NCBI GenBank assembly: GCA_038870975.1
Contig: JAVZJD010000001.1
Location: 160,001-224,000 of the forward strand
DNA from: Candidatus Bathyarchaeia archaeon
GTDB lineage: Archaea > Thermoproteota > CALKCG01 > B24
DNA length: 64,000 bases
Direction: 5' to 3'
In this document: piece by piece, positions 28,104 through 37,964 of the stretch
Numbering within the stretch: position 1 is the stretch's first letter
Layout of the letters: each line of letters opens with the position of its first letter
Position numbers and translations under genes: made by a program
The notes under the pieces: generated by a model
Seen by the model: only the letters and a program-made list of their open reading frames with translations
What the model was told of the DNA's origin: nothing
Database searches by the model: none

Positions 28104-29867
28104 TTAGCCACCAAGTCTCCGGCTTACTTCCAGTATTCTACGTAACTCTCGATAGCTTCTAAAGGTGAACAATCTTCTTCTGGAAGCAAGAGGGGCGAGT
28201 TCAAGTTCGGCTATTGTCCTTAGAGAGCCTTTCATAAATTCAACCTCAACTTTAACAGCTTTATCGGCTAAGTAGAGAAGCTGATTATATCCATAAGCTT
28301 CTAAGACTTCAGCATTATCCATAAGTGACAGCAAATAAAGTATCAAGTCGTCTAGAAAACTACGCTCTTGACCTTCAAAAAATGGTCTAATCGTTACAGT
28401 GCCTCCACCATCCCTAAGGTTAAAAGAGTCCCAAAGTTTATCAAACAATGGATTGAAAGGTCGATCATATAAGAAAACCAGGGAACGGACTGCATTATCA
28501 GCCTCAAGACTCCTAAGCTGGAAGTTTACTCTAACAAACAAAGCTTCTCTAGAGACGACTTTTCTAGCGGGTTTAAATCCTTCAACATTGGAAAAACTGA
28601 TAGTTGTAAAGCATGAGTCGTAGCAGATAGTCCTCCAAGGCGTTTTAATAAATTCATAGTTTAAAGAACTTAAAAGACCTAAGAAACGCCTATTGTTTCT
28701 TATAGATGGAACTGGCTGTTCAGTATTAATAAATCCTTTAAAACACATAAACGGAATTACAGACCTCACGATTTCAGAGGCTTCCGTATCTTTAGCTACA
28801 CCGACTAAGATAATGCGGTTAACCAACGCTCTACGTAAAAGCTCATAGAGTAAAAACAGATTTAGAAGATTTACATCATGAGAGGTCAGCCAGGATTCTC
28901 CGATCTTCAGAGGATAGTCAACACCTTTAAAGATTCTATTAGAAATCTTAATAGATGCCTCGTAGACCCTATCCCAATATCCTAAAACCTCATCTCTCAA
29001 TTTAAGTGTACCTTCAAGTTCGTCGATTATCTTAGACTTAAATGACTTTTCTCTAAGACGGATATGCTTTAAGATTTTCTCAAGCTTTGTTCTGTCTACG
29101 TTTAAAATTCTACACGCTTCTTCTTTAGAGAGTTCACATCTATCGAAAAGTGCTTTAATAAGAGCAAATTCTGCATATGGTTTTCTTGGAGGAACGTAAA
29201 AGCATCTGGGTCCAAGTATGCTAGCAATCCAAATATCTGCGAGTGATATTTTTCCTTTAGTTGTTTCCATAGATATTAATACAGAATCTCTAGAACTGAG
29301 GATTATTCTGGAAGATTTCAGAAGAGAAGGATAAGTTCCAGATAAAGGTCTATCCAGAAGCAGAAGTTTTACTGAAGAGTTTTCAGTGGACTTTAAAGCG
29401 AGAGAAAGCTCGGCCATGGTCATGATAGATATTGGTATAGCTTCAGCAACACGTTGGACTTCATATTCGAAGCTTATAGACATTCCATGTGAAACGTTTA
29501 ATAGGTCTTCTACCCAGAGCGGTATAGCTACTGATGCTGAAAGTTGCAGATCTCTAACTGCATTTTGGGTATCTACAGAAACCCTGTCTTGTCCAATGTA
29601 GAGGGGACACTTATAGCCTGTAGCATAAACGTAGAATAGTAGCAGATCCAAGTGTTCATCGAAATCCATAGAGCCATCTATACCTACTACTGTCCATTCA
29701 CCTTCCCCTATCAACTTCTTAGCGGTCTCCAAACACTCTCTGTAGTTTATACCCCGGAATATCTGCAGGAGACCTTTATGCGTTTTAAGAACTTTAACTC
29801 TATCCTCAAAGAGCTCTACCACTTGTTTTGTTTGAAACCTAAGCTTCTTTGAAGCCTCAGAACTCAT
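28104..29867 (-). CDS. Long NurA-family nuclease with internal HTH-like insert
   Basis: VVGIDGS, LLLDRPL, LVGVAKD, GYNQLLYLADKAVK; adjacent to HerA-like gene. Confidence 0.75.
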   Translation of the reverse strand: MSSEASKKLRFQTKQVVELFEDRVKVLKTHKGLLQIFRGINYRECLETAKKLIGEGEWTVVGIDGSMDFDEHLDLLLFYVYATGYKCPLYIGQDRVSVDTQNAVRDLQLSASVAIPLWVEDLLNVSHGMSISFEYEVQRVAEAIPISIMTMAELSLALKSTENSSVKLLLLDRPLSGTYPSLLKSSRIILSSRDSVLISMETTKGKISLADIWIASILGPRCFYVPPRKPYAEFALIKALFDRCELSKEEACRILNVDRTKLEKILKHIRLREKSFKSKIIDELEGTLKLRDEVLGYWDRVYEASIKISNRIFKGVDYPLKIGESWLTSHDVNLLNLFLLYELLRRALVNRIILVGVAKDTEASEIVRSVIPFMCFKGFINTEQPVPSIRNNRRFLGLLSSLNYEFIKTPWRTICYDSCFTTISFSNVEGFKPARKVVSREALFVRVNFQLRSLEADNAVRSLVFLYDRPFNPLFDKLWDSFNLRDGGGTVTIRPFFEGQERSFLDDLILYLLSLMDNAEVLEAYGYNQLLYLADKAVKVEVEFMKGSLRTIAELELAPLASRRRLFTFRSYRELRRILEVSRRLGG

Positions 29868-30180
29868 TCTTCCAAAAATATGAAATACTCATAATCCTTA
29901 TAAAACGTTTGCCGAAAGCTATACCTTTGGATTAGTTACCAATGGTTTTTATAATCTCCGTTTATTGCAATCCCTCCATGTAATCTATTCGTATTTTCCA
30001 TGAAATTGCATTTTTTAAAAACATTGAATCTTGTTTTTTCAGAAATTTTAGACTTCTAACATTCCATGTAATTTCTAATCTCATGCGACTAATTAAAAAG
30101 GTAGGCTTCGCATACAAACTTCTTTAACGGCGTAATAATCTACAAACTAAAAATACCAGTTAAAATTGTCCTTCTATAGA

Positions 30181-30939
30181 TTATTGAACAGGAGATTTAA
30201 TGGTTTTTCGAACTCTGGCCCCTCTTCCAGCCTTCTTAGCAGCTATAAGTCCAACTTTAGCACCTGGTGGAGCGGTTTTGCTAACCGTTGATGGTTTACC
30301 TGGGTGTTGATGTCTACCACCACCATGTGGATGGTAGACGGCTGCCATAGCGACCCCTCTAACAGTTGGATATTTACGTCCTCTAGCCCTCATTAACTTA
30401 AGCTTTGCACCAGCCTTTAAAAATGGTTTTTCAATTCTACCTCCTCCAGCAACTACACCAATTGTTGCTCTACACATCTCATCTAATACTACAGTTTTAC
30501 CTGATGGCATTTTTACTACAACGCCATTGGATGTGTGCGCTAAAATTACCCCATAACTTCCAGAAGCCCTCAGAAGTTTACCCCCATCGCCGGGGTTTTT
30601 CTCAACATTACATACTATAGCACCATCAGGAATATCTGACAGGAATAGGGTATTTCCAATTTTAAATGAAGCTTTAGGTCCCATTTCGATAACATCATTA
30701 ACACCTAAACCCTCGCACGCAACTACATGATAACGTAAGCTGTTTTCGAGTTCTATTAATGCTAATGGAACGCCTCTGCCAGAGTCGTGGAGAAGATCTA
30801 TAACAACACCCTTAATTGGGCCATTTTCAGGCAAGATCGTTAAAGGTGGATATTTAGAGGGTGAAATTCTCCTATGAGTGGGCGCTGTGAAAGTTTGCGA
30901 GCCTCTACCTCTCCTTTGAACGAGAAGCCTTTTACCCAT
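30181..30939 (-). CDS. rpl2: 50S ribosomal protein uL2
   Basis: MGKRLLVQRRGRG, HDSGRG.P, VRGVAM...HPHGGG.HQH; ATG 30939 with GGTGA SD. Confidence 0.97.
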   Translation of the reverse strand: MGKRLLVQRRGRGSQTFTAPTHRRISPSKYPPLTILPENGPIKGVVIDLLHDSGRGVPLALIELENSLRYHVVACEGLGVNDVIEMGPKASFKIGNTLFLSDIPDGAIVCNVEKNPGDGGKLLRASGSYGVILAHTSNGVVVKMPSGKTVVLDEMCRATIGVVAGGGRIEKPFLKAGAKLKLMRARGRKYPTVRGVAMAAVYHPHGGGRHQHPGKPSTVSKTAPPGAKVGLIAAKKAGRGARVRKTIKSPVQ

Positions 30940-30952
30940 CTTGCAATCACCA

Positions 30953-31249
30953 CTAGAGTATTCCAAGTCTAACCGCTATGTCTGAGGCATTATACTCAGG
31001 GCTAAGTTTTATATATGCTTTTTTACGTCCATCAGGCATTATGACAGTTCTAACTTCAGATACTTTAACGTTAAAAAACCTTTCAAAGGCTTTTCTAATA
31101 TCATTTTTTGAAGCTTTAATGTTAACTATAAAAGTCAATTTATTCTGAGATTCAATCATATTTATAGCCTTTTCTGTCATAAGAGGATATAAAAGAATAT
31201 TAGATAACCATACATTTTCTGCAAATTTCATATCAATACTTTTACTCAT
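30953..31249 (-). CDS. rpl23: 50S ribosomal protein uL23
   Basis: P.MTEKA, NKLTFIV, KKAYIKL. Confidence 0.95.
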   Translation of the reverse strand: MSKSIDMKFAENVWLSNILLYPLMTEKAINMIESQNKLTFIVNIKASKNDIRKAFERFFNVKVSEVRTVIMPDGRKKAYIKLSPEYNASDIAVRLGIL

Positions 31250-32049
31250 GACTTCACCTCTTCTTTCAATATGGACCTTAAAGCAACTATACTAGATCTA
31301 TCCCATATTGTAAGTCTACCAGGATTACCTCCAGGTGCTAAAAGCTCCACATTAATATTTTTAAGCTCAACTACGTCAACACCTGGAATATTTCTAGCAG
31401 ATAGCCCTATACCATTATCTTTAGCCACAATAAGCAGTGGTCCTTTACCGCCCTTATACCTTCTACCTCTCATTTTGCCTTTACCAGCTCTGATTTTACC
31501 TATGCTTTTCTTAACTCTTAAGACGTCATCCCAAATACCTAAACTTTTGAATAGATTGACAACATCTTTCGTCTTCTTTAAAGATTGAATATCATCTACT
31601 ACTACCAGTGGAAAGTATTTTACTTTTTCAATTCTATGTCCTCTAGCCTGAACGTATTCTTTAGATGCCGTAGCAGCTATTGCCGAATTTAACGCCAGAA
31701 GTTTCTCTTTCCTATTCACTTTCTTATAGATGTCTTTTTCAGGTGTAGGTGGATGTGTAACTCTACCACCTACAGCAAAAGGTACAAATGAAGCTCTACT
31801 GGTACCTTTAAGCCTTGGCACTCTTGAAAGACCCCTACCTACACCCAGGTATTCAACTACGTGTCGTTTACCTGCTAATTCATCTCTACCTTTTCTTTGA
31901 AGCCTGTGGGTTTGGAGCGCTACAACAACCTTACGTATTAAATCAGGGCGAATATCCACTGTAAAGGCTTCTGGAGTTTTCACTCTGCCAACAACTTTAC
32001 CATCTAAACCTAAAACTCTTAAGAAACCCTCTGAACCAGTTTTAGACAA
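31246..32049 (-). CDS. rpl4: 50S ribosomal protein uL4
   Basis: IRPDLI, GRG.SRVPR, RAGKGKMRGR, LAPGG.PGRL. Confidence 0.96.
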   Translation of the reverse strand: MSKTGSEGFLRVLGLDGKVVGRVKTPEAFTVDIRPDLIRKVVVALQTHRLQRKGRDELAGKRHVVEYLGVGRGLSRVPRLKGTSRASFVPFAVGGRVTHPPTPEKDIYKKVNRKEKLLALNSAIAATASKEYVQARGHRIEKVKYFPLVVVDDIQSLKKTKDVVNLFKSLGIWDDVLRVKKSIGKIRAGKGKMRGRRYKGGKGPLLIVAKDNGIGLSARNIPGVDVVELKNINVELLAPGGNPGRLTIWDRSSIVALRSILKEEVKS

Positions 32050-32065
32050 GAGCGACCACCCTTCA

Positions 32066-33061
32066 TTAGATTTTTATGTATGTTACTTGTGGCGGCGTTT
32101 CGGGAGTACCCTTATGTAAACGTGCAGCTACTCTGAGTCTTACAAGTCTTTTAACAGGACCAGGCACGCTACCCTTAATTAAGATATAGTCTCCTCTAAT
32201 TACACCGTATCTGGTAAAGCCACCCTCGGGTGTGATTTCCTCCCCCTTCACACCTATCTTTATGATGCGTTTATTATGTTCAATTCTCTGGAAGAAGCCT
32301 AATTGACCCGCTCTCGGAACAGTATGTAAAACCATTGCTGGAGACCAAGGTCCTAGTGTACCAACCTTTCTAACGCCCTTCCTCGACTTGTGAGGACGAC
32401 GTTTTACACCCCACCTTTTTATAACTCCTTGAAAGCCTTTACCCTTAGAAACTGCTGAAACGTCGACATACATTCCCTCTTTTAAGATGCTTCCAGCCCT
32501 GATTTCTTTGCCGAGGATGCTTAGACAGTATTCTAGCCTTTCTTCTATAGAACCCCCTCCGACGCCTATCTCAAATAGTTCAGGCGTCTTTTTTCTAAGA
32601 CCTGAAAGCCGAGGTTGAGTACAAACTAGAACTCTTATTTCTGATACCTTATCAAGATTGCTTTTAATCTTTTTGATCATCTCATCGGTGTTGAATTTCT
32701 CGGGAATTGTAAGAACTCTTTCGATATCTTTGGGAGGCTTTTCAACCCATATTTCGCTAAGTGTCTTTAAACCATAGGGAGTAGTTTCATAACATCTTAT
32801 GGCAATTACATATAGTGGAGGAGCATCCAAAACTGTTACGGGAATGAGTACCTCTTTACCATAATGTGGAGAGCCACGTGTATCATCAATAATTGACACA
32901 TGAGTCATACCTGCTTTGTAGCCAGCAAAACCAAGCAATCTGGGCTTATCATACAGTACACTAGGCCAAAAACTGATTCTCCCAACCATCGACCTAGCCC
33001 TAACTTTAGGAATATATGCTAATGAACCTCTCTTCGGTGCCTTTTTTTTCCTACGACCCAT
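32066..33061 (-). CDS. rpl3: 50S ribosomal protein uL3
   Basis: GFAGYKAGMTH, SKGKGFQG..KRWG, KGSVPGP.KR. Confidence 0.97.
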   Translation of the reverse strand: MGRRKKKAPKRGSLAYIPKVRARSMVGRISFWPSVLYDKPRLLGFAGYKAGMTHVSIIDDTRGSPHYGKEVLIPVTVLDAPPLYVIAIRCYETTPYGLKTLSEIWVEKPPKDIERVLTIPEKFNTDEMIKKIKSNLDKVSEIRVLVCTQPRLSGLRKKTPELFEIGVGGGSIEERLEYCLSILGKEIRAGSILKEGMYVDVSAVSKGKGFQGVIKRWGVKRRPHKSRKGVRKVGTLGPWSPAMVLHTVPRAGQLGFFQRIEHNKRIIKIGVKGEEITPEGGFTRYGVIRGDYILIKGSVPGPVKRLVRLRVAARLHKGTPETPPQVTYIKI

Positions 33062-33113
33062 CCACTAACCCTCGTTCTAAAGAGATACGTGAGAACACAA
33101 CTAGAAGAATTTA

Positions 33114-33125
33114 AATAAAAGGTTT
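33114..33125 (-). promoter_or_regulatory. BRE/TATA promoter candidate of rpl3 operon
   Basis: GAAAACCTTTTATTTAA upstream of rpl3. Confidence 0.5.
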
Positions 33126-33304
33126 TCGTCGACTATTCCCACCTTAATATAAACATCTAACCCTCTTCTCAAGAGAGAGTTTAAACTCTATGTCTTAGAT
33201 ATCTTTATGAGAAATTCCTTTTCCTAAGAATTTTAACCCCAGTTTCCACTATGGATATAATAAAATATTTTATCCAGTTGAAGGTTTTAATATTGATTGC
33301 GTAT

Positions 33305-35902
33305 ATGAATCGACTTATCGTTTATGAGGATAGAAAAACCTGGCAAATATCGTTTCCTTTAGGCGGTATTGGAACTGGTTGCATAGGTTTGGCTGGGAAC
33401 GGGAGATTAATAGACTGGGAGATCTTTAATAGACCCAATAAAGGAGGATTAAACGGATTTTCACATTTTGCTATAAAAGCTGAATCCGATGGAAAAGTGG
33501 TAGACGCTAGAATTTTAAATGGTGACTTGCCACCTCCTTATAATGGAGAGTTCTCTAAACCGCTATTTCAATCATTTGGCTTTGGTCCTCCTAGGGAATA
33601 TATGGCTGGTTTTCCCCACTTCAAGAAAACTAGATTTGAAGGGAGTTTTCCAATAGCGAAAATTGCATTTGAAGACGACAACTTCCCAGGAGAGGTGGAA
33701 ATGACGGCATTCAATCCATTTATTCCACTTAATGATAAAGATTCTAGCTTACCAGCAGCATTCTTTGAATTCAGAATACATAATCCAACCGAGGAAAGAA
33801 TAGCTTATACACTTTGCCTCTCCATCAAAAATCCACTATCTCCAGGTACGACGATAAATACATACGGCGAAGAAGCGGATGTTAAATTCATAAGACTTAG
33901 CTCATCAATACTTAAGGAAGATGACTTAAACTATGGTAATTTAACCATAGCTACAGATGCCTCAGATGTAAGTTATCAAGAGTACTGGTATCGCGGGTCG
34001 TGGTTCGATGAATTAGCCGTATATTGGAGAGATTTCTCCTCACCTGGTAGATTTAGAAATAGACGTTACGATAAATGTAAACCTAACGTTCAAGACCACT
34101 GTTCACTTGCAACCCATTTTCAAGTGAATCCACGCGAAGAAGAAAGCATTAGGTTCATAATAAGTTGGTTCTTCCCGAATTGCTACAATTATTGGAATCC
34201 TGACGAAGAGGGAAAAGTTAAGACTTGGAAGAACTACTACGCCACAGTTTTTAAAGACTCTACAGAAGTAGCCATATACGGACTTAAAAACTGGGTCAGA
34301 CTCTACGGTGAAACGTTAGAATTTAAAGAGGCATTATTCTCCTCAACATTTCCCATTTTCGTAATAGATGCTATATCCGCAAACATTTCCATTTTGAAGA
34401 CTCCAACACTACTACGTTTAGAAGATGGATCGTTATACGGATTTGAAGGGTGTCATCCGTCGTCCGGATGTTGTGAAGGAAGTTGTATGCACGTATGGAA
34501 CTATGCAGTTGCTACAGCTTACTTATTTCCCAACCTCGAACGTTCCATGTTAAACCTCTACTTTAAGTACTGTCAACGTGAAGACGGGAAACTTAGTTTT
34601 CGCCTTCAACTTCCCCTAGGTAGAGGATTATGGAAGTTTCCACACGCAGCAGTAGATGGACAGTTTGGTTGTGTAATTAGAACTTACAGACTCTGGAAAA
34701 TTTTAGGAGATGACCTTTGGTTGAAATCCATATGGGTCAATATTAAGAAAGCAATTGAATACGCTTGGGCTGAAACAAATGAAGATAGGTGGGATTTAAA
34801 CAGAGATGGTGTAATTGAAGGAAGACAACATCATACGCTAGATATGGAGCTTTTCGGTCCGAACTCATGGCTCACTGGGTTCTATCTTGCAGCTCTTAAA
34901 GCAGGGGCTGAAATGGCTAAATATTTGGGAGAAGAAGATAAAGCTGAAGAATATTTCAAAATGTTCATTAAGGGAAGGGAGTGGGTGGACCGGAATCTCT
35001 TTAATGGAGAGTACTATTGTCAGCTTATAGACCTAAACGATAGGAATATTCTTGAGAGATTTAAACAGGTAGATGAGAAAGTTGTAGAGACTTATTGGGA
35101 TGATGAACATTGTGAAATTAAGTATCAGATAGGTGAAGGTTGTGAAATAGATCAGGTTGTTGCCCAGTGGCATGCAAACATATCAGGACTTGGAGAGATT
35201 TTTGATAGGTCAAAAGTTAGAAAAGCGCTTGAAGCCATATACAGACACAATTTTAAAGAGGGCTTAAGAAAATTTGTAAATCCATGCCGTATATTCAGTT
35301 TAAACGACGAGGCGGGCGTTGTTATATGCGAGTGGCCTAGGGAGAAGCGTAAACCTGTAATACCAGTACCCTATGCTGAAGAGACTATGAGTGGATTTGA
35401 ATATGCTGTTTCAAGTCACATGATACAGGAGGGACTAGTCGAAGAGGGATTACGTATAGTGAAGGCTATTAGAGATAGATATGATGGAGAAAAGCGAAAC
35501 CCTTGGAATGAGTTTGAATGTGGGAGTAATTACGTTCGTTCTATGGCGTCTTACGCTCTTCTATTGGCTTTAAGCGGGTTTGAATACAACTTAGTTAGGG
35601 GGTACATTGCTTTTAATCCACGCATTAATGAGAATGGTAGATTTAGATGTTTCTGGTCCCTTGGATGTGGATGGGGAATTTTTGAATCAAATACATCTCA
35701 AGTTTTAATCCAGGTTAAATATGGACAGCTGAAACTCAGGGTATTAAAGTTTCCATTTCTAAAGGGGCGTAAAATCAAGTCCGTCTTAGTGGATGGGACA
35801 ACCGTCAAATTCAAAGAAGAAAACATGGAGATAGTACTGGATAAAGTATACCCCGTTTACAGAGAGCTTGTTATTCAATTCTTAACTAAAGAGTTAGGCT
35901 AA
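33305..35902 (+). CDS. GH116 glycoside hydrolase (GBA2-like beta-glycosidase)
   Basis: FPLGGIGTG, DWEIFNRP, PFIP.N..DSSLP, FEGC, C.HVWNY, DG..EG.QHHTLD, NPWNEFECG..Y.RSMAS; ATG 33305 preferred to ORF start 33251. Confidence 0.88.
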   Translation: MNRLIVYEDRKTWQISFPLGGIGTGCIGLAGNGRLIDWEIFNRPNKGGLNGFSHFAIKAESDGKVVDARILNGDLPPPYNGEFSKPLFQSFGFGPPREYMAGFPHFKKTRFEGSFPIAKIAFEDDNFPGEVEMTAFNPFIPLNDKDSSLPAAFFEFRIHNPTEERIAYTLCLSIKNPLSPGTTINTYGEEADVKFIRLSSSILKEDDLNYGNLTIATDASDVSYQEYWYRGSWFDELAVYWRDFSSPGRFRNRRYDKCKPNVQDHCSLATHFQVNPREEESIRFIISWFFPNCYNYWNPDEEGKVKTWKNYYATVFKDSTEVAIYGLKNWVRLYGETLEFKEALFSSTFPIFVIDAISANISILKTPTLLRLEDGSLYGFEGCHPSSGCCEGSCMHVWNYAVATAYLFPNLERSMLNLYFKYCQREDGKLSFRLQLPLGRGLWKFPHAAVDGQFGCVIRTYRLWKILGDDLWLKSIWVNIKKAIEYAWAETNEDRWDLNRDGVIEGRQHHTLDMELFGPNSWLTGFYLAALKAGAEMAKYLGEEDKAEEYFKMFIKGREWVDRNLFNGEYYCQLIDLNDRNILERFKQVDEKVVETYWDDEHCEIKYQIGEGCEIDQVVAQWHANISGLGEIFDRSKVRKALEAIYRHNFKEGLRKFVNPCRIFSLNDEAGVVICEWPREKRKPVIPVPYAEETMSGFEYAVSSHMIQEGLVEEGLRIVKAIRDRYDGEKRNPWNEFECGSNYVRSMASYALLLALSGFEYNLVRGYIAFNPRINENGRFRCFWSLGCGWGIFESNTSQVLIQVKYGQLKLRVLKFPFLKGRKIKSVLVDGTTVKFKEENMEIVLDKVYPVYRELVIQFLTKELG

Positions 35903-36817
35903 ACCCTCTATCTTTCTGAGTTCAGGATGATCCATCTCCTCATTTTGATACGCGTACGTGAAATCTTTGAGGCTCGTTGCAGCACCTACTAAACCCTTGT
36001 TATTTAACGCTAAAACCGCTATACCATTCTGAAAATTCCTACGATAGAGGGTTTCATGAATAGCTTTCTCACAAGCTTCTTGTGGATCTAATCCCATACC
36101 CATAAGGTCGCATACTCTCTTTGAGAGACAGTAATTCATAGCTATTTCGCCAACTCCGGTTGTAACGGCTCCACCTATCCTATTGTCAACGTATATACCA
36201 GCACCTATTATAGCAGAATCTCCAACTCTACCTGGCAATTTCATGAATAACCCAGTTGTGGAATTCCCTGCCGCCATGCAACCTTGTGCATCTAAAGCTA
36301 TGACGCTTACAGTGCCTTTCCAAGAAGTTCTCATAACCCTGAGAATCTTACCATAAAATGAGTCCTTCTCCAATGGTTCGTGTTTAACCTTCTCAAGTGT
36401 TTCCACAAACTTTTCTCTTACGCTAGGCTTCCAGAAAGATTCCCGTTTAAAACCGCATTTTAAAGCAAATTCTAAAGCACCTTCACCTACAAGGAGTATA
36501 TGCGGCGTAAGCTCCATAACCTTTCTAGCAACAGATATTGGATGCCTTATATGTTTTAAAGCCCCTACAGCGCCGCATTTAAGGGTCTTACCGTCCATTA
36601 TGGACGCATCCAACTCCACCTCACCCTTGAAATTCGGAAGCCCACCTAAGCCGACAGTTAAAACTTCTAAATCGTCTTCTACTACTTTTATGGCTTCTTC
36701 AATTGCGTCAAGGGCTGAACCCCCAGACTTTAAAACAGCAAATCCTTTTGCGACTGCTTTAAATCCGAAATCCCATGTAGCTACTACGGCTTGTTTCATC
36801 GTAATCTGAAAAACCAT
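35894..36817 (-). CDS. Ntn-hydrolase of the glycosylasparaginase / isoaspartyl peptidase family
   Basis: VVATWDFG, VG.GGLPN..G..ELDASIMDG, nucleophile GT(V), KLPGRVGDS, TGVGE. Confidence 0.88.
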   Translation of the reverse strand: MVFQITMKQAVVATWDFGFKAVAKGFAVLKSGGSALDAIEEAIKVVEDDLEVLTVGLGGLPNFKGEVELDASIMDGKTLKCGAVGALKHIRHPISVARKVMELTPHILLVGEGALEFALKCGFKRESFWKPSVREKFVETLEKVKHEPLEKDSFYGKILRVMRTSWKGTVSVIALDAQGCMAAGNSTTGLFMKLPGRVGDSAIIGAGIYVDNRIGGAVTTGVGEIAMNYCLSKRVCDLMGMGLDPQEACEKAIHETLYRRNFQNGIAVLALNNKGLVGAATSLKDFTYAYQNEEMDHPELRKIEGLA

Positions 36818-36842
36818 TTAAACATATTCAGCCTTTTTAAAT

Positions 36843-37808
36843 TTGAGCTTGACTCTTAAGATTCCTAACATAGTATTAGGAGCACAACCTCTACTTGGAG
36901 AATCTTACCAGGGTGAGGAAAAGAATAGAATTTACAAGGCTAGATTTTCGAACGTACAATATACAGTTAAACTTTTACGTAAGGCGTATGAGTACGGTTT
37001 AAACACAATATCTATTATGAGTTTATTGGATAGCGAATTATTCAAGAAGCTTTTAGAGGCCATAAGAATTCTTAAGCGGCAGGGTATTATTTTCCAAGTT
37101 GCACCATGTATAAGTATACCGTTAAGACTTGGAAATTATCCTGTTGATGACTACAGAAGGTGGCTTACTTATTTCCACTATGAGTGCAGATTTTGCGATC
37201 CAAATGAACTAAAGGAGAAGTACTTGAATGACCCTATTCTACTAACAAGGCCAAAGTGGAGAGAGAACTTCCTCCGTATGCTAAAAGAAGGAGAACCATA
37301 TAGGCAGGAAGAGTATGAGAAGATTACAGTTGATTTTAAACTGTTGGAAAGTAAAATTGCTGTCTTTGAAGAATTCGAAAAAGCGTTCATAAATTTAGGT
37401 TCTGAATGCGACTTCTTAGCTATAGCGGGTAGATTGGATATTCTAAACACGATAATTGAATCGTTGAAGGCTAAAGGTTTTAGCTACATCTTTATATCTT
37501 CCCACCATGCTGGGTCTACGATACCGATTATTGAAAACTCGAATTTAAAAGTGGAGGGATATACGACTCCTGTAAACGCCATAGGCGCTTTAATGCTTCC
37601 AACATATGACGAGGCGATGAAAGCCATTAGACCCGTCGCTGAGAAAATAATAGCCATTAAACCTTTAGCGGGAGGAAGGGTGAATCCATATGTAGCTTTC
37701 ACTTTCCTCGTCAATAATAAGATTGAACATTTTATGCTGGGAATGGCTTCATTCGAAGAGCTTAAAGCAGATTTGGAAGCCGCTAGACGTATATTTCAAA
37801 ACACTTAG
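36843..37808 (+). CDS. Conserved hypothetical, aldo/keto-reductase-like barrel
   Basis: IVLG.QP..G N-terminus; IAIKPLAGGR near C-terminus. Confidence 0.5.
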   Translation: MSLTLKIPNIVLGAQPLLGESYQGEEKNRIYKARFSNVQYTVKLLRKAYEYGLNTISIMSLLDSELFKKLLEAIRILKRQGIIFQVAPCISIPLRLGNYPVDDYRRWLTYFHYECRFCDPNELKEKYLNDPILLTRPKWRENFLRMLKEGEPYRQEEYEKITVDFKLLESKIAVFEEFEKAFINLGSECDFLAIAGRLDILNTIIESLKAKGFSYIFISSHHAGSTIPIIENSNLKVEGYTTPVNAIGALMLPTYDEAMKAIRPVAEKIIAIKPLAGGRVNPYVAFTFLVNNKIEHFMLGMASFEELKADLEAARRIFQNT

Positions 37809-37964
37809 ATAGTCTAAGTTTACGCTTTGGAGTTAATTCATTTCCCTCAGAGGTTTTAACGAGTATGATTTTTACGTGTAAGCTTAGATAGGAACTTCTC
37901 CTAGAAACTTTTAAAGGTTGGATTGTTGTTCTAGGCATAGGTTTGAACATAAGCTTGTAGGAAG

